A stretch of DNA of 64,000 nucleotides. It comes from a bacterium (GTDB lineage Bacteria; Myxococcota_A; UBA9160; UBA6930). Each line of letters starts with the position of its first letter. Position 1 is the stretch's first letter. The stretch lies in the NCBI GenBank assembly GCA_024226235.1, contig JAAELW010000238.1:3046-67045 (forward strand), read 5' to 3'. The notes beneath the pieces were generated by a model that made no database searches, was not told where the DNA came from, and worked only from the letters and a program-made list of their open reading frames with translations. The position numbers and the translations under genes were made by a program. Positions 24,093-33,014 of the stretch are shown here, piece by piece.

Positions 24093-25340
24093 ATGCCGAT
24101 GAACGTCCAATCCATCCCCACGCTTTCGGATCGCATCAACCAGGTGCGGTTGCTCACGGCCGAGATCGTCAATCGCGAGATCCTGCCCAACGAGAATACC
24201 CTGTGGCGTTGGCACCGGGATGGTTTCGAGGAGAGCGCGCGTGAGAAGGCGCGGGAACTGCGTCACGACATCCAGGCGAAGGTGAAGCAAGCGGGCCTGT
24301 GGGCACCCCACCTGCCGGAAGACTACGGCGGCTGCGGGCTCAGCTTCCTCGAGCACGCCTACATGAACGAGATCCTGGCCTACAGCGTGGGCGCGGCTTC
24401 GTTGTTCGGGGTGGTGGCACCGAACTCGGGCAACCAGAAGATCCTGCTCAAGTACGGCACCGAGGCGCAGCGCCAGAAGTGGCTGGTGCCGTTGACCGAA
24501 GGCAAGCTCGAGAGCGGTTTCTCGATGACCGAGCCCGACAACGCCGGCTCCGATCCCCGTTCCATCAAGACCACGGCTCGCAAGGACGGGGACCAATGGG
24601 TGATCAACGGCCACAAGTGGTTCACCTCGAACGGCAAGCGCGCCGACTTCCTGATCGTGATGTGCCGGACCGACGATCCGGATGCAGCGGGTGACAAGAA
24701 CACGAAGATGACGCAGATCATCGTTCCGACGGATACCCCCGGCGTGAACCTGATCCGCGGTGTCGAGGTCTGGGGACGCCAAAGCGACCACTGGGAGATC
24801 ATCTACGACGACGTTCGCGTGCCTCTCGAGAATCAGCTCGGTCAGACCGGCTCGGGCCACGCCGCGGCACAAGATCGGCTGGGCGCGGGAAGGGTCTACC
24901 ACTGCATGAATTCAGTGGGCTCGATGTGGCGTGCATTCGACCTGATGGTCGAACGCGCGATGGTTCGGGAAGTTCATGGTGGGCTCCTCGAAACCAAGCA
25001 ATTCGTCCAGGGCTGGATCGCCGATTCCTTCATCGATATCCAGGCCGCCCGCCTGATGACCATCAACTGTGCCGAGAAGATGGACGGAGGCACGGATGCG
25101 CGGACCGACATCTCGGCGCTCAAGATCTTCGTGCCCCATGTCTTCAGCAAGGTCGCGGATCGGGCCATCCAGGTCTGGGGCGCTGCCGGTGTGTCTGGGG
25201 ATCTGCCGCTTTCGGCCATGTATCAGGGCGCACGCACGCTGCGGCTTGCGGACGGTCCGGACGAGGTCCACAAGATCCTGATCGCCAAGAACGTGCTCAA
25301 GCAGTACCACTCGGGTGTGTCCTGGGACTTCGGAAACTAG
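24093..25340 (+). CDS. Acyl-CoA dehydrogenase (FadE2/ACAD10-11-like)
   Basis: GLWAPHLPEDYGGCGLSFLEHAYMNE...GFSMTEPDNAGSDP...INGHKWFTSNG...RLADGPDEVH. Confidence 0.92.
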   Translation: MPMNVQSIPTLSDRINQVRLLTAEIVNREILPNENTLWRWHRDGFEESAREKARELRHDIQAKVKQAGLWAPHLPEDYGGCGLSFLEHAYMNEILAYSVGAASLFGVVAPNSGNQKILLKYGTEAQRQKWLVPLTEGKLESGFSMTEPDNAGSDPRSIKTTARKDGDQWVINGHKWFTSNGKRADFLIVMCRTDDPDAAGDKNTKMTQIIVPTDTPGVNLIRGVEVWGRQSDHWEIIYDDVRVPLENQLGQTGSGHAAAQDRLGAGRVYHCMNSVGSMWRAFDLMVERAMVREVHGGLLETKQFVQGWIADSFIDIQAARLMTINCAEKMDGGTDARTDISALKIFVPHVFSKVADRAIQVWGAAGVSGDLPLSAMYQGARTLRLADGPDEVHKILIAKNVLKQYHSGVSWDFGN

Positions 25341-25366
25341 ACACCCTTCATCGGAGGAGGACATTC

Positions 25367-25912
25367 GTGAGACTCGACACCCCCCGCGTTCCGCCGCTCG
25401 ACCCGTCCGAGATGGACGAGAAACTCCGCGAACGGTTTGGGGACCGTCCGATCCTCAACATCTTCCGCACGCTGGCCCAGCATCCCGATCTGATGCGGCG
25501 CTGGCTCGTGTTCGGCAACCATGTACTCGCCAAATCGACGCTACCGGCCCGCGAACGCGAACTGGTGATCCTTCGCATCGGCTATCTGTGTCGCGCTGGC
25601 TACGAATGGGGCCAGCACGTGGAGATCGGCAAGCAGAGCGGCCTGACGGACGACGAGATCACCGCGATCGCAGAGGGTCCGGGTGCAGGTGGGTGGAGCG
25701 AGCTCGACCGGGCTCTGCTTCAGGCCACGGACGAACTGCACGGCGACGCATTCATCGGCGATGCGACCTGGCAGACGCTCAGCAAGCACCTCGATACCCA
25801 GCAGTTGATGGATCTGGTCTTTTCGGTCGGCCAGTACAACCTGGTGTCCATGGCCTTGAACACGCTGGGTGTCCAGCCTGAGCCCGGCTTGGCGAAGCTG
25901 CCCGACGCGTGA
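25367..25912 (+). CDS. Carboxymuconolactone decarboxylase (AhpD-like) family protein
   Basis: LPARERELVILRIGYLCRAGYEWGQHVEIGKQSGLTDDEI...LVFSVGQYNLVSMALN. GTG 25367 is preceded by GGAGGAGG. The upstream part of ORF 24926 overlaps the ACAD gene and is discarded. Confidence 0.8.
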   Translation: MRLDTPRVPPLDPSEMDEKLRERFGDRPILNIFRTLAQHPDLMRRWLVFGNHVLAKSTLPARERELVILRIGYLCRAGYEWGQHVEIGKQSGLTDDEITAIAEGPGAGGWSELDRALLQATDELHGDAFIGDATWQTLSKHLDTQQLMDLVFSVGQYNLVSMALNTLGVQPEPGLAKLPDA

Positions 25913-26709
25913 GCGGGCGGCTCCAGGGAAAGATCGCGCTGGTCATCGGCGCGGGCCAGACGCCGGGCGACACGATCGGCAACGGTCGAGCCACGGCGAT
26001 CCTGTTCGCCAGGGAAGGTGCTTTGGTCGTGGCCGTCGACCGCGACGGGGCTTCGGCCGAAGCCACCGTGGCCACGATCCTGGAAGAAGGTGGCCAGGCG
26101 AGTGCATACGCTGCGGATGCGACCGTGGAAGCCGAGGTCGAGGCGCTCGTCGCTTCGTGCAAGAGCAGCTACGGCCGGATCGACATCCTGCACAACAATG
26201 TCGGGATCGGCGGAGACGACGCGGGACCCGCCCACGTCACGGAGGAGGTCTGGGATCGGATCCTGGGCGTGAACCTGAAGAGTGCGATCTTCCCGTGCAA
26301 GCACGTGCTACCCGTGATGCGTGAGCAGCAGAGCGGTGCGATCGTCAACATTTCGTCGATCGCTGCGGTCTGTTCGACGGGGATCGTGGCCTACAAGACC
26401 TCCAAGGCCGGCCTGAATGCCTACACCCAGGCCCTGGCCGTCGGCAACGCGAAATACGGAATCCGGGCCAATGTGATCATGCCGGGCTTGATGAACACAC
26501 CGATGGCCATCGAGGGGATCTCGGCTGCACGGGGAGTGCCGAAGGACGATCTGATCCGCGCCCGCGATGCGATGGTTCCGTTGGGAGCCAAGATGGGTAC
26601 CGGCTGGGACATCGCCGCTGCAGCCGTCTTTCTCGCCTCGGACGAGGCGCAGTTCATCACCGGAATCGTACTTCCGGTCGATGGGGGCCAGAGCGCACGA
26701 GTAGGCTGA
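25909..26709 (+). CDS. Short-chain dehydrogenase/reductase (FabG-like)
   Basis: GKIALVIGAGQTPGDTIGNGRA...HNNVGI...YKTSKAGLNAYTQALA...GIVLPVDGG. The GTG start overlaps the previous stop (GTGA). Confidence 0.9.
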   Translation: MSGRLQGKIALVIGAGQTPGDTIGNGRATAILFAREGALVVAVDRDGASAEATVATILEEGGQASAYAADATVEAEVEALVASCKSSYGRIDILHNNVGIGGDDAGPAHVTEEVWDRILGVNLKSAIFPCKHVLPVMREQQSGAIVNISSIAAVCSTGIVAYKTSKAGLNAYTQALAVGNAKYGIRANVIMPGLMNTPMAIEGISAARGVPKDDLIRARDAMVPLGAKMGTGWDIAAAAVFLASDEAQFITGIVLPVDGGQSARVG

Positions 26710-26764
26710 TCGGAGGCAGCGTGGCAGCAGACGCGGAAGAGGCTTACTCGCCGGTCCTCTCGTC

Positions 26765-28048
26765 GTGAACCAAAAAAAGCCGTATCGCCCCTGGTGGACC
26801 TACACGGTCCCGTATTTTGGCCGCGTGCCGGAGCTGAAGCCTCGGCAGTGGCATGTGCTCGGGCTGCTCTCCGCGGCCGAACTCTTCGACAGCTACGATG
26901 TCGGCCTGCTCCTGCTCGCTCTGAAGCAGATCCAGGAGGGGATCGGCATCTCGGAGGCGGATGTCGGCTGGCTCACCGGGATCATTCGTCTCGGCGCGCT
27001 GCCTGCGCTGGCGATCACGGTGGCGGCCGACAGGATCGGCCGCCGACAACTGCTGCTGGGTACGGTCCTGGGTCTCACCGTCTGCACGGCCCTGACGGGC
27101 TTTGCCCAGACTCCACTGCAATTCGTCGCTCTGCAGTTCCTGGTGCGCACTTTTGCCTATGCGGAGACCGCTCTTGCGGTGGTGGTCCTGACCGAGGAAC
27201 TCAATTCCGAAGATCGGGGCTGGGGCATCGGCATGCTGGGCGCACTTGGCTCGCTGGGCCACGGGGTCGCCGCGCTCGCCTTCGGCTTCATCGAAGTCGT
27301 TCCGTTCGGCTGGCGAGGGTTGTACGTGCTGGGTGCCGCCCCCCTGCTGCTGCTGGCCTGGCTTCGCCGGGAGCTGCCCGAGACCCGGCGTTTCGAATCC
27401 CAGCAGACTCAACACGCAGAGGACAGCTGGTGGCACCCCGTCGTGCTGCTGTTCCGGAGCTACCCGGGGCGGATTGCCGCATTGTCCGCTGTCGTCTTCC
27501 CACTCGATTTCGTGATGATGGCGGGCTACACGTTCGCCCCCAAGACCCTTCAGGAGATGCACGGATACGGTCCGGGATCGATCGGCGTGCTCTATCTCTG
27601 CGGGGGGGCGATCGGGATCATGGGAAGCCTGTTGGCGGGCCGGCTGAGCGATCGCTTCGGCCGGCAAAGCGTCGTGGCGGCCGGTGCCCTGATGGCCTTC
27701 GTATCCTTCGCCGGCTTCTACAACATCCGTGGGGGCTGGATCGTGATCCCGTTCTGGATCTTCCAGGTGTTCGCGTTGATCGGACTCGGCGCGACACTCA
27801 AGACACTCGGGAGTGAGCTCTTTCCCACGTCCCATCGTTCGACCGCCTCTGGGGTCCGGGCTGCGATCGGCACCCTCGGAGGGGTGGCAGGGCTCGGGTT
27901 GGAATCCGTCCTCTATGGCATCACGGGCTCCCACGCCGAAGCGATCAGCTGGATGCTCCCCGTGCTGGTGATCCCACCGTTCGTGATGTGGTGGGTGATC
28001 CCGGAGACCGCCCGGCGTACGCTTGAAGAGATTGCGCCCGAACGTTGA
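26765..28048 (+). CDS. MFS transporter
   Basis: About 12 hydrophobic helices. MFS motif-A-like ADRIGRRQLL and GRLSDRFGRQ. Confidence 0.85.
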   Translation: MNQKKPYRPWWTYTVPYFGRVPELKPRQWHVLGLLSAAELFDSYDVGLLLLALKQIQEGIGISEADVGWLTGIIRLGALPALAITVAADRIGRRQLLLGTVLGLTVCTALTGFAQTPLQFVALQFLVRTFAYAETALAVVVLTEELNSEDRGWGIGMLGALGSLGHGVAALAFGFIEVVPFGWRGLYVLGAAPLLLLAWLRRELPETRRFESQQTQHAEDSWWHPVVLLFRSYPGRIAALSAVVFPLDFVMMAGYTFAPKTLQEMHGYGPGSIGVLYLCGGAIGIMGSLLAGRLSDRFGRQSVVAAGALMAFVSFAGFYNIRGGWIVIPFWIFQVFALIGLGATLKTLGSELFPTSHRSTASGVRAAIGTLGGVAGLGLESVLYGITGSHAEAISWMLPVLVIPPFVMWWVIPETARRTLEEIAPER

Positions 28049-28091
28049 TGCAGCATCATTCCCGGCCCGTCGCCTGCTAGCTTGAACGCCG

Positions 28092-28760
28092 ATGCTGGGC
28101 AAGCGATCCAATGAGAGGAATGGCTACGTCGGCGCGCGCCGGCGGCTGGTCGAGCGGCTTCGCGAGCAGGGCGTCCGGGATTCCCGAGTGCTCGAGGCGG
28201 TCGCGGAGATCCCCCGGCACCTGCTCGTGGACGAGGCGCTGCGCGACCGGGTCTACGAAGACGTCCCGTTGCCGATCGGTGGCGGGCAGACCATCTCTGC
28301 ACCTGGAATCGTGGCCGCCATGTCCGAGGCTCTCGAACTCAGTGGCGGCGATACCGTTCTGGAAATCGGTACCGGCTCCGGCTACCAGGCTGCGGTTCTC
28401 TCGCGGCTGGCCGCGAGAGTCGTTTCGATCGAAAGGGTTCCGGCGCTCGCGAACCGCGCCCGCTCTGCGCTCGATACGCTGGGCGTGACCAATGTGGTGG
28501 TCCACCTGGGCGATGGCACGCGAGGTCGACCCTCCGAGGCACCCTTCGACGCGATCGTGGTCACGGCAGGAGGGCCCGAGCTGCCCAAGCCCTTGATCGA
28601 ACAGCTGGCATCGGGCGGGCGCCTGGTGGGCCCCTTCGGCCCGCGCGGCCAGCAGCAACTGACACGTGTGCAGCGCGGGCCCGAAGGCGAACTGCTTGCC
28701 GAATCATTGGGCCCGTGTCGCTTCGTCGATCTGGTGGGCGAACACGGTTGGGTGGGCTGA
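28092..28760 (+). CDS. pcm: Protein-L-isoaspartate O-methyltransferase
   Basis: GGGQTISAPGIVAAMSEAL...VLEIGTGSGYQAAVLSRLA...FDAIVVTAGGPELP. Confidence 0.93.
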   Translation: MLGKRSNERNGYVGARRRLVERLREQGVRDSRVLEAVAEIPRHLLVDEALRDRVYEDVPLPIGGGQTISAPGIVAAMSEALELSGGDTVLEIGTGSGYQAAVLSRLAARVVSIERVPALANRARSALDTLGVTNVVVHLGDGTRGRPSEAPFDAIVVTAGGPELPKPLIEQLASGGRLVGPFGPRGQQQLTRVQRGPEGELLAESLGPCRFVDLVGEHGWVG

Positions 28761-29440
28761 CGCAAGCTGCGAGTGCGTCGCTGTGCTGCGGTCTCGTGGC
28801 ATTGCTGCTGATCGGAGCGGGCTGCGCCCATCGCAATGAGGGCGTCGTGCACACAGTGCAACGGGGTGAGAACCTGTTCCGGATCGCACGGCACTATCGC
28901 GTTCCGGTTTCCGACATCGTCGACGCAAATGACATCAACGATGTCCGGGATCTTCCGACCGGTGCACCGCTGTGGATCCCCGGGGCCCGAGTCCTCCATC
29001 CGGGGAGGCACCCGTTGCGTCCGCCGCTCCCCTCGAAACCGGCGGCGGAAGCCGATGCATTGACTCACGGAGGCTTGCGCTTCGCCTGGCCCGTTCGCGG
29101 ACGTCTGACTTCGGGCTACGGGCCGAGGGGGCGGCGCCTCCATCAGGGCCTGGACATCGCCGCATCCAGGGGAGTCCTGGTTCGGGCGGCCGAGGCGGGA
29201 AGGGTGGTCTTCAGCGGACGCATGGGCGACTACGGCAATATGGTCGTGGTCCGACACACTCCGGCGTATGCCAGTGTGTACGCCCACCACCGGCGAAACC
29301 GGGTGGGTCGGGGGGGGTTCGTGGACAAAGGGGACGTGGTGGGCGAAATCGGGACCACCGGGAACGCGTCCGGGCCTCATCTGCACTTCGAAATCCGCCG
29401 GGACGAGATTGCCCAGGACCCGCTATTCTTCCTGCCCTGA
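28715..29440 (+). CDS. nlpD: LysM domain / M23 peptidase family protein (NlpD-like)
   Basis: LysM: HTVQRGENLFRIARHYRVPVSDIVDAN. M23: HQGLDIAASRG...GNMVVVRH...YAH...GNASGPHLHFEIR. It follows pcm, as in the common pcm-nlpD arrangement. The exact start is uncertain. Confidence 0.85.
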   Translation: MSLRRSGGRTRLGGLTQAASASLCCGLVALLLIGAGCAHRNEGVVHTVQRGENLFRIARHYRVPVSDIVDANDINDVRDLPTGAPLWIPGARVLHPGRHPLRPPLPSKPAAEADALTHGGLRFAWPVRGRLTSGYGPRGRRLHQGLDIAASRGVLVRAAEAGRVVFSGRMGDYGNMVVVRHTPAYASVYAHHRRNRVGRGGFVDKGDVVGEIGTTGNASGPHLHFEIRRDEIAQDPLFFLP

Positions 29441-29465
29441 TGATGCGCATGGAGCCTGCACGATC

Positions 29466-29984
29466 GTGACACACGACAAATTGCGTTCGCTGATACGAGA
29501 TGTTCCGGACTTTCCGAAGGAGGGGATCCTGTTTCGGGACGTCACTCCGTTGTTGCTCGATCCGGACGGGTTGAATGCCGCGATCGAGGCAGTGGCCGTG
29601 CCGTTCAGGGAGGCTGGAGTCGATCGCGTGCTTGGAATCGAGGCGCGTGGCTTCATCTTCGGGGCTCCGATTGCGCAGGCCCTGGGGGCTGGCTTCGGAC
29701 TGATCCGCAAGGCGGGCAAACTGCCCTGGGAGAGCCACTCTGCCAGCTACGAGCTCGAGTACGGTACCGACAGCGTCGAAATGCACATCGACACGGTCGA
29801 AGCCGGGCAACGGATCTTGATCGTGGACGATCTGATCGCCACGGGCGGCACCGCATCAGCCGCAGTGGAGCTGGTTCGCAAGGCCGGCGGCGAAGTCGTC
29901 GCATGCTCCTTCCTGATCGAACTCCTCGCCCTGGCCGGACGCGAAAAGGTCGATACCGACTGCCACGCAGTACTGACCTACTAG
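29466..29984 (+). CDS. apt: Adenine phosphoribosyltransferase
   Basis: IRDVPDFPKEGILFRDVTPLL...LGIEARGFIFGAP...ILIVDDLIATGGTA (PRPP motif). GTG start. Confidence 0.92.
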   Translation: MTHDKLRSLIRDVPDFPKEGILFRDVTPLLLDPDGLNAAIEAVAVPFREAGVDRVLGIEARGFIFGAPIAQALGAGFGLIRKAGKLPWESHSASYELEYGTDSVEMHIDTVEAGQRILIVDDLIATGGTASAAVELVRKAGGEVVACSFLIELLALAGREKVDTDCHAVLTY

Positions 29985-30021
29985 ACACCCCGCACCTCAC
30001 CCACGCCAAGGTCGGAGCCAC

Positions 30022-30066
30022 GTCAAGAGAGGCGTCAAGATAGGGGCCACGTTAAGATAGGGGCCA
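30022..30066. repeat. Three tandem GTYAAGAKAGG(GGCCA) direct repeats in an unassigned intergenic region
   Basis: gtcaagagagg (30022-30032), gtcaagataggggcca (30034-30049) and gttaagataggggcca (30051-30066). A fourth gttaag lies near 30076. Confidence 0.6.
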
Positions 30067-30236
30067 GGCACTTTTGTTAAGTTGCGTGTCTCCTAGGGAT
30101 GCAGCTCGGCTCGTCCCGTTGGAGTCTGAGGCGCAGCTGGAATCTCCGGGGGATGGACTTGGGGCGGTAGCCGAGAGGGATGTCTCTGCGCAGGCCATCT
30201 GTCGAGCCTTCTGCCATCGCGGTCTCGATTCGTCAG

Positions 30237-30266
30237 TTGCCCGCGGGTGCTTCCCCCCAGTAGAAT
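30237..30266 (+). promoter_or_regulatory. Candidate sigma70-type promoter for the nfeD-SPFH operon
   Basis: TTGCCC-N18-TAGAAT. It is followed by an 8-bp-stem hairpin GGTGGTTC...GAACCACC (30279-30312) in the leader. Confidence 0.25.
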
Positions 30267-30357
30267 GCCGAGTTCCTGGGTGGTTCTTCTCCAGCGGAGT
30301 CCCCGAACCACCGAACACGCCCTAGACTGATGGATACGGATCGAAGGGGAGATCGTT

Positions 30358-30795
30358 TTGCCCTGGTGGGGATGGATGACACTCGGCGCCGCATTGCTGG
30401 CGGCCGAGCTTGGCGTGAGTGCCGACTTCTGGCTCGCAGTCGTCGGCGCGGCTGCGTTGGGTACATCCCTACTCGGGCTGTTCGGGTTCGATGCACCGAT
30501 CTGGACGCAGTGGTTGGTCTTTGCGGGGTTGGCCGTCTTCATGGCGGTGTTCGTCCGCGGGCCCGCATACGAGCGACTGATGGCCGGGACCGTCGACCTG
30601 GCGCCCGAGCTGCTGGGCGAAAGTGCACGGGTCGTGGGGTCGGCCATCGCGCCGGGTCAGGTGGGCAAGGTCGAGCTTCGTGGATCCACCTGGCGCGCAC
30701 GCAATGAAGGAACTGCAGCCCTTGAAGAGGGCGCCATCGCCCATGTCGATGGTGTCGATGGAGTCATGCTGCGAGTCCAGGCCAAAACGGCCTGA
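30358..30795 (+). CDS. NfeD family membrane protein
   Basis: Three N-terminal TM helices followed by an OB-fold-like C-terminus: GESARVVGSAIAPGQVGKVELRGSTWRARNEG...VMLRV. It lies upstream of an SPFH gene. Confidence 0.85.
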   Translation: MPWWGWMTLGAALLAAELGVSADFWLAVVGAAALGTSLLGLFGFDAPIWTQWLVFAGLAVFMAVFVRGPAYERLMAGTVDLAPELLGESARVVGSAIAPGQVGKVELRGSTWRARNEGTAALEEGAIAHVDGVDGVMLRVQAKTA

Positions 30796-30816
30796 CCCGC
30801 TGAAGGAGGATCGATC

Positions 30817-31770
30817 GTGGAGACGCTCATCGGTGTTGGGGTGATCGCGGCACTCGTCATCTTCGTGCTGGCGAAGACGGCGGTCGTCGTCCCCCAACAG
30901 AATGCGTTCGTCATCGAGCGGCTCGGCAAGTACTCCGACACGCTACATGCCGGCTTCCACATCTTGATGCCCTTCGTCGACCGGATCGCCTACAAGCACT
31001 CTCTCAAGGAGCGGGCGATCGATATCCAGGAGCAGGTCTGCATCACCCGGGACAACGTCCAGGTGGGTGTGGATGGTGTGCTGTATCTCCAGGTGCTGGA
31101 TGCCCGCCGCGCCTCCTACGGCATTGGCAACTACATCTTTGCGATCTCACAGCTGGCCCAGACCACACTGCGCAGCGAGGTAGGCAAGATCGATCTCGAC
31201 CGGACGTTCGAGGAACGGGCGCAGATGAATGCGTCTGTCGTCTCGGAACTCGACATGGCCTCGGACCCCTGGGGTGTGAAGGTGATGCGCTACGAGATCA
31301 AGAACATCAATCCGCCCCATGATGTACTGACCGCGATGGAGAAGCAGATGCGCGCTGAGCGCGAGAAGCGGGCCGTCATCCTGGAATCGGAGGGCCATCG
31401 CGATGCAGCCATCAACCAGGCCGAGGGCGACAAGCAGAAGGTGATCAAGGAATCCGAGGCTGCTCGTATGAGGCAGATCAACGAGGCGGAGGGGGAAGCG
31501 GAGGCGATCGAGGCCGTCGCTCGCGCCACTGCCGAGGGCCTGCGGCAGGTGGCCGGTGCACTGAGCTCACCCGGCGGCGGAGAGGCGATGCAGCTCCGAG
31601 TGGCGGAGCAGTACGTTCGCGAATTCGGAAACCTCGCGAAGGAGGGAAACACCTTCGTCGTGCCGTCCAACCTGAGCGATATCGCTTCGATGATCGCGTT
31701 GGCCACGGGCTTCAACAAGGGTACCGACGGAGCGCCCGGCCGTGCGGGCAGCGCGGGCGGCGGCAGCTAG
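30817..31770 (+). CDS. SPFH/Band 7 (stomatin/paraslipin-like) protein
   Basis: N-terminal TM, then VPQQNAFVIERLGKYSDTLHAGFHILMPFVDRI...RAIDIQEQVCITRDNVQVGVDGVLYLQV and a coiled-coil tail. Confidence 0.92.
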   Translation: METLIGVGVIAALVIFVLAKTAVVVPQQNAFVIERLGKYSDTLHAGFHILMPFVDRIAYKHSLKERAIDIQEQVCITRDNVQVGVDGVLYLQVLDARRASYGIGNYIFAISQLAQTTLRSEVGKIDLDRTFEERAQMNASVVSELDMASDPWGVKVMRYEIKNINPPHDVLTAMEKQMRAEREKRAVILESEGHRDAAINQAEGDKQKVIKESEAARMRQINEAEGEAEAIEAVARATAEGLRQVAGALSSPGGGEAMQLRVAEQYVREFGNLAKEGNTFVVPSNLSDIASMIALATGFNKGTDGAPGRAGSAGGGS

Positions 31771-31777
31771 ACGCCGG

Positions 31778-32503
31778 ATGCGTGCGGTCCTGCTGGCTGC
31801 CGGTTGGGGCACACGCCTGGGGCCCATTCGCGAGGCCAATGCAAAGGCGCTGATACCGATCGGTAGCCGCCGGGCGATCGATTGGGCGGCAGATGCAGCT
31901 GAAGCCGTGCAAGCGGTTCAGGCCATCGACGTTCTTGCGAACGAGAAGAGCAGGGCCGCCGTCACGTCCTGGGCAGCGAGCCGGGCGGGGCGATTGAGCG
32001 TTCGCGTGCTCGGTAACGGAGTCGCTTCGCCGGAGAGAAAGCGCGGGGCGGTCGCGGACCTGGCCGGCTACATCGCCAACACCGGAATCGACGAAGACTT
32101 GCTGATCCTGGCCGCCGACAACGTCTTCGACTTCAGCCTGGCAGATCTTGCCGAGCGCGTGCGCCAGACCCCGTCCGTGGCGGTCTACGATGTCGGGAGC
32201 CCTCGGAATGTGAAACGCTACGCCAGCGTGAAACTGGCCACTGACGGCGCGGTCACTGCGCTCGTGGAAAAGGATCCGGCACCTGCCTCCAGTCTCGCGG
32301 TGACGGCTCTCTACGGCATCCCGCGCGCGCGGCTCGCCGACGTCGAGACCTACCTCGCAGGTGGCCATCCAGCCGACAACCTCGGGTATCTGGCCGAGTG
32401 GTGGTGCGCCAGCGGATGCCTTCAGGCAGTACAGGTCGAAGGAACCTGGATCGACGTCGGCAGCCCCGACGACCTGGCCAGGGCCCGGCGCCTGCTCGGC
32501 TGA
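31778..32503 (+). CDS. Sugar-phosphate nucleotidyltransferase family protein
   Basis: MRAVLLAAGWGTRLGPI...KALIPIG matches the G-x-G-T-R-L NTP-transferase motif. Confidence 0.75.
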   Translation: MRAVLLAAGWGTRLGPIREANAKALIPIGSRRAIDWAADAAEAVQAVQAIDVLANEKSRAAVTSWAASRAGRLSVRVLGNGVASPERKRGAVADLAGYIANTGIDEDLLILAADNVFDFSLADLAERVRQTPSVAVYDVGSPRNVKRYASVKLATDGAVTALVEKDPAPASSLAVTALYGIPRARLADVETYLAGGHPADNLGYLAEWWCASGCLQAVQVEGTWIDVGSPDDLARARRLLG

Positions 32504-32540
32504 GCATCGTGCAGGGCCCTCTCTCGACACGAATCCGGGA

Positions 32541-33014
32541 TCAGGACTGGCCCTGCTTCGGCTTGAGCTGCGGGTTCAAGCGGGTCGAGTAGCTGAACTC
32601 TTCGACCCGCCGGCGGATCTTCCAGCCATCGGCCGTCCGGACGAGCTGATCGAGGTAGTAGCCACCTTCGAAGAAGAGCAGTTGGTCCCCTCCGTCCTCG
32701 ATCGGGAGCGCCATGGGGTTGTAGAAGCCCGCGCGGCTGGTCGCGGTGTCGCCGCTGACCTCGATCTCCTTGTTCAGGATCATGTGCTGGCACATGGAGA
32801 AGATCGGCATCGTCTTCTCGAGCCACCCGCGGATCTCTTTCAGGCCGCCACGGATTCCCCCGAACGCGGTGTAATCGATCACTGCATCCTCGGTGAAGCA
32901 GCTTTCCCACAGGTTCCAATCCTGGCGGTCGACCCCTGTCGCGTAGCGAGTGAGGAGATCTTCGATCTCGAGGCGGTCGAGCAACTGTTCATGGGTCATG
33001 CGAGGCTTCGTCAT
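32541..33014 (-). CDS. SnoaL-like / NTF2-fold protein
   Basis: LEIEDLLTRYATGVDRQDWNLWESCFTEDAVIDYT... is typical of SnoaL_4. Its start overlaps the upstream stop (ATGA). Confidence 0.75.
   Translation of the reverse strand: MTKPRMTHEQLLDRLEIEDLLTRYATGVDRQDWNLWESCFTEDAVIDYTAFGGIRGGLKEIRGWLEKTMPIFSMCQHMILNKEIEVSGDTATSRAGFYNPMALPIEDGGDQLLFFEGGYYLDQLVRTADGWKIRRRVEEFSYSTRLNPQLKPKQGQS

Noticed and set aside
24926-25366. The N-terminal 147 aa of the 328-aa ORF 24926-25912.
   Set aside because: This part overlaps the 3' end of the acyl-CoA dehydrogenase gene in another frame and has no homology signal. The CMD-family domain begins after GTG 25367, which has a GGAGGAGG RBS.
29985-30357. Possible tmRNA, SRP RNA, RNase P RNA or a type II tRNA in the apt-nfeD intergenic region (the strings ggggcggtagccgag and ggtctcgattcg caught the eye).
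   Set aside because: The defining conserved elements are not present on either strand: no GGTTCGA T-loop with an ACCA end, no SRP GGAA/AGCA tetraloop helix, and no RNase P GAGGAAAGUCC. The region is kept only as an unassigned region of interest.
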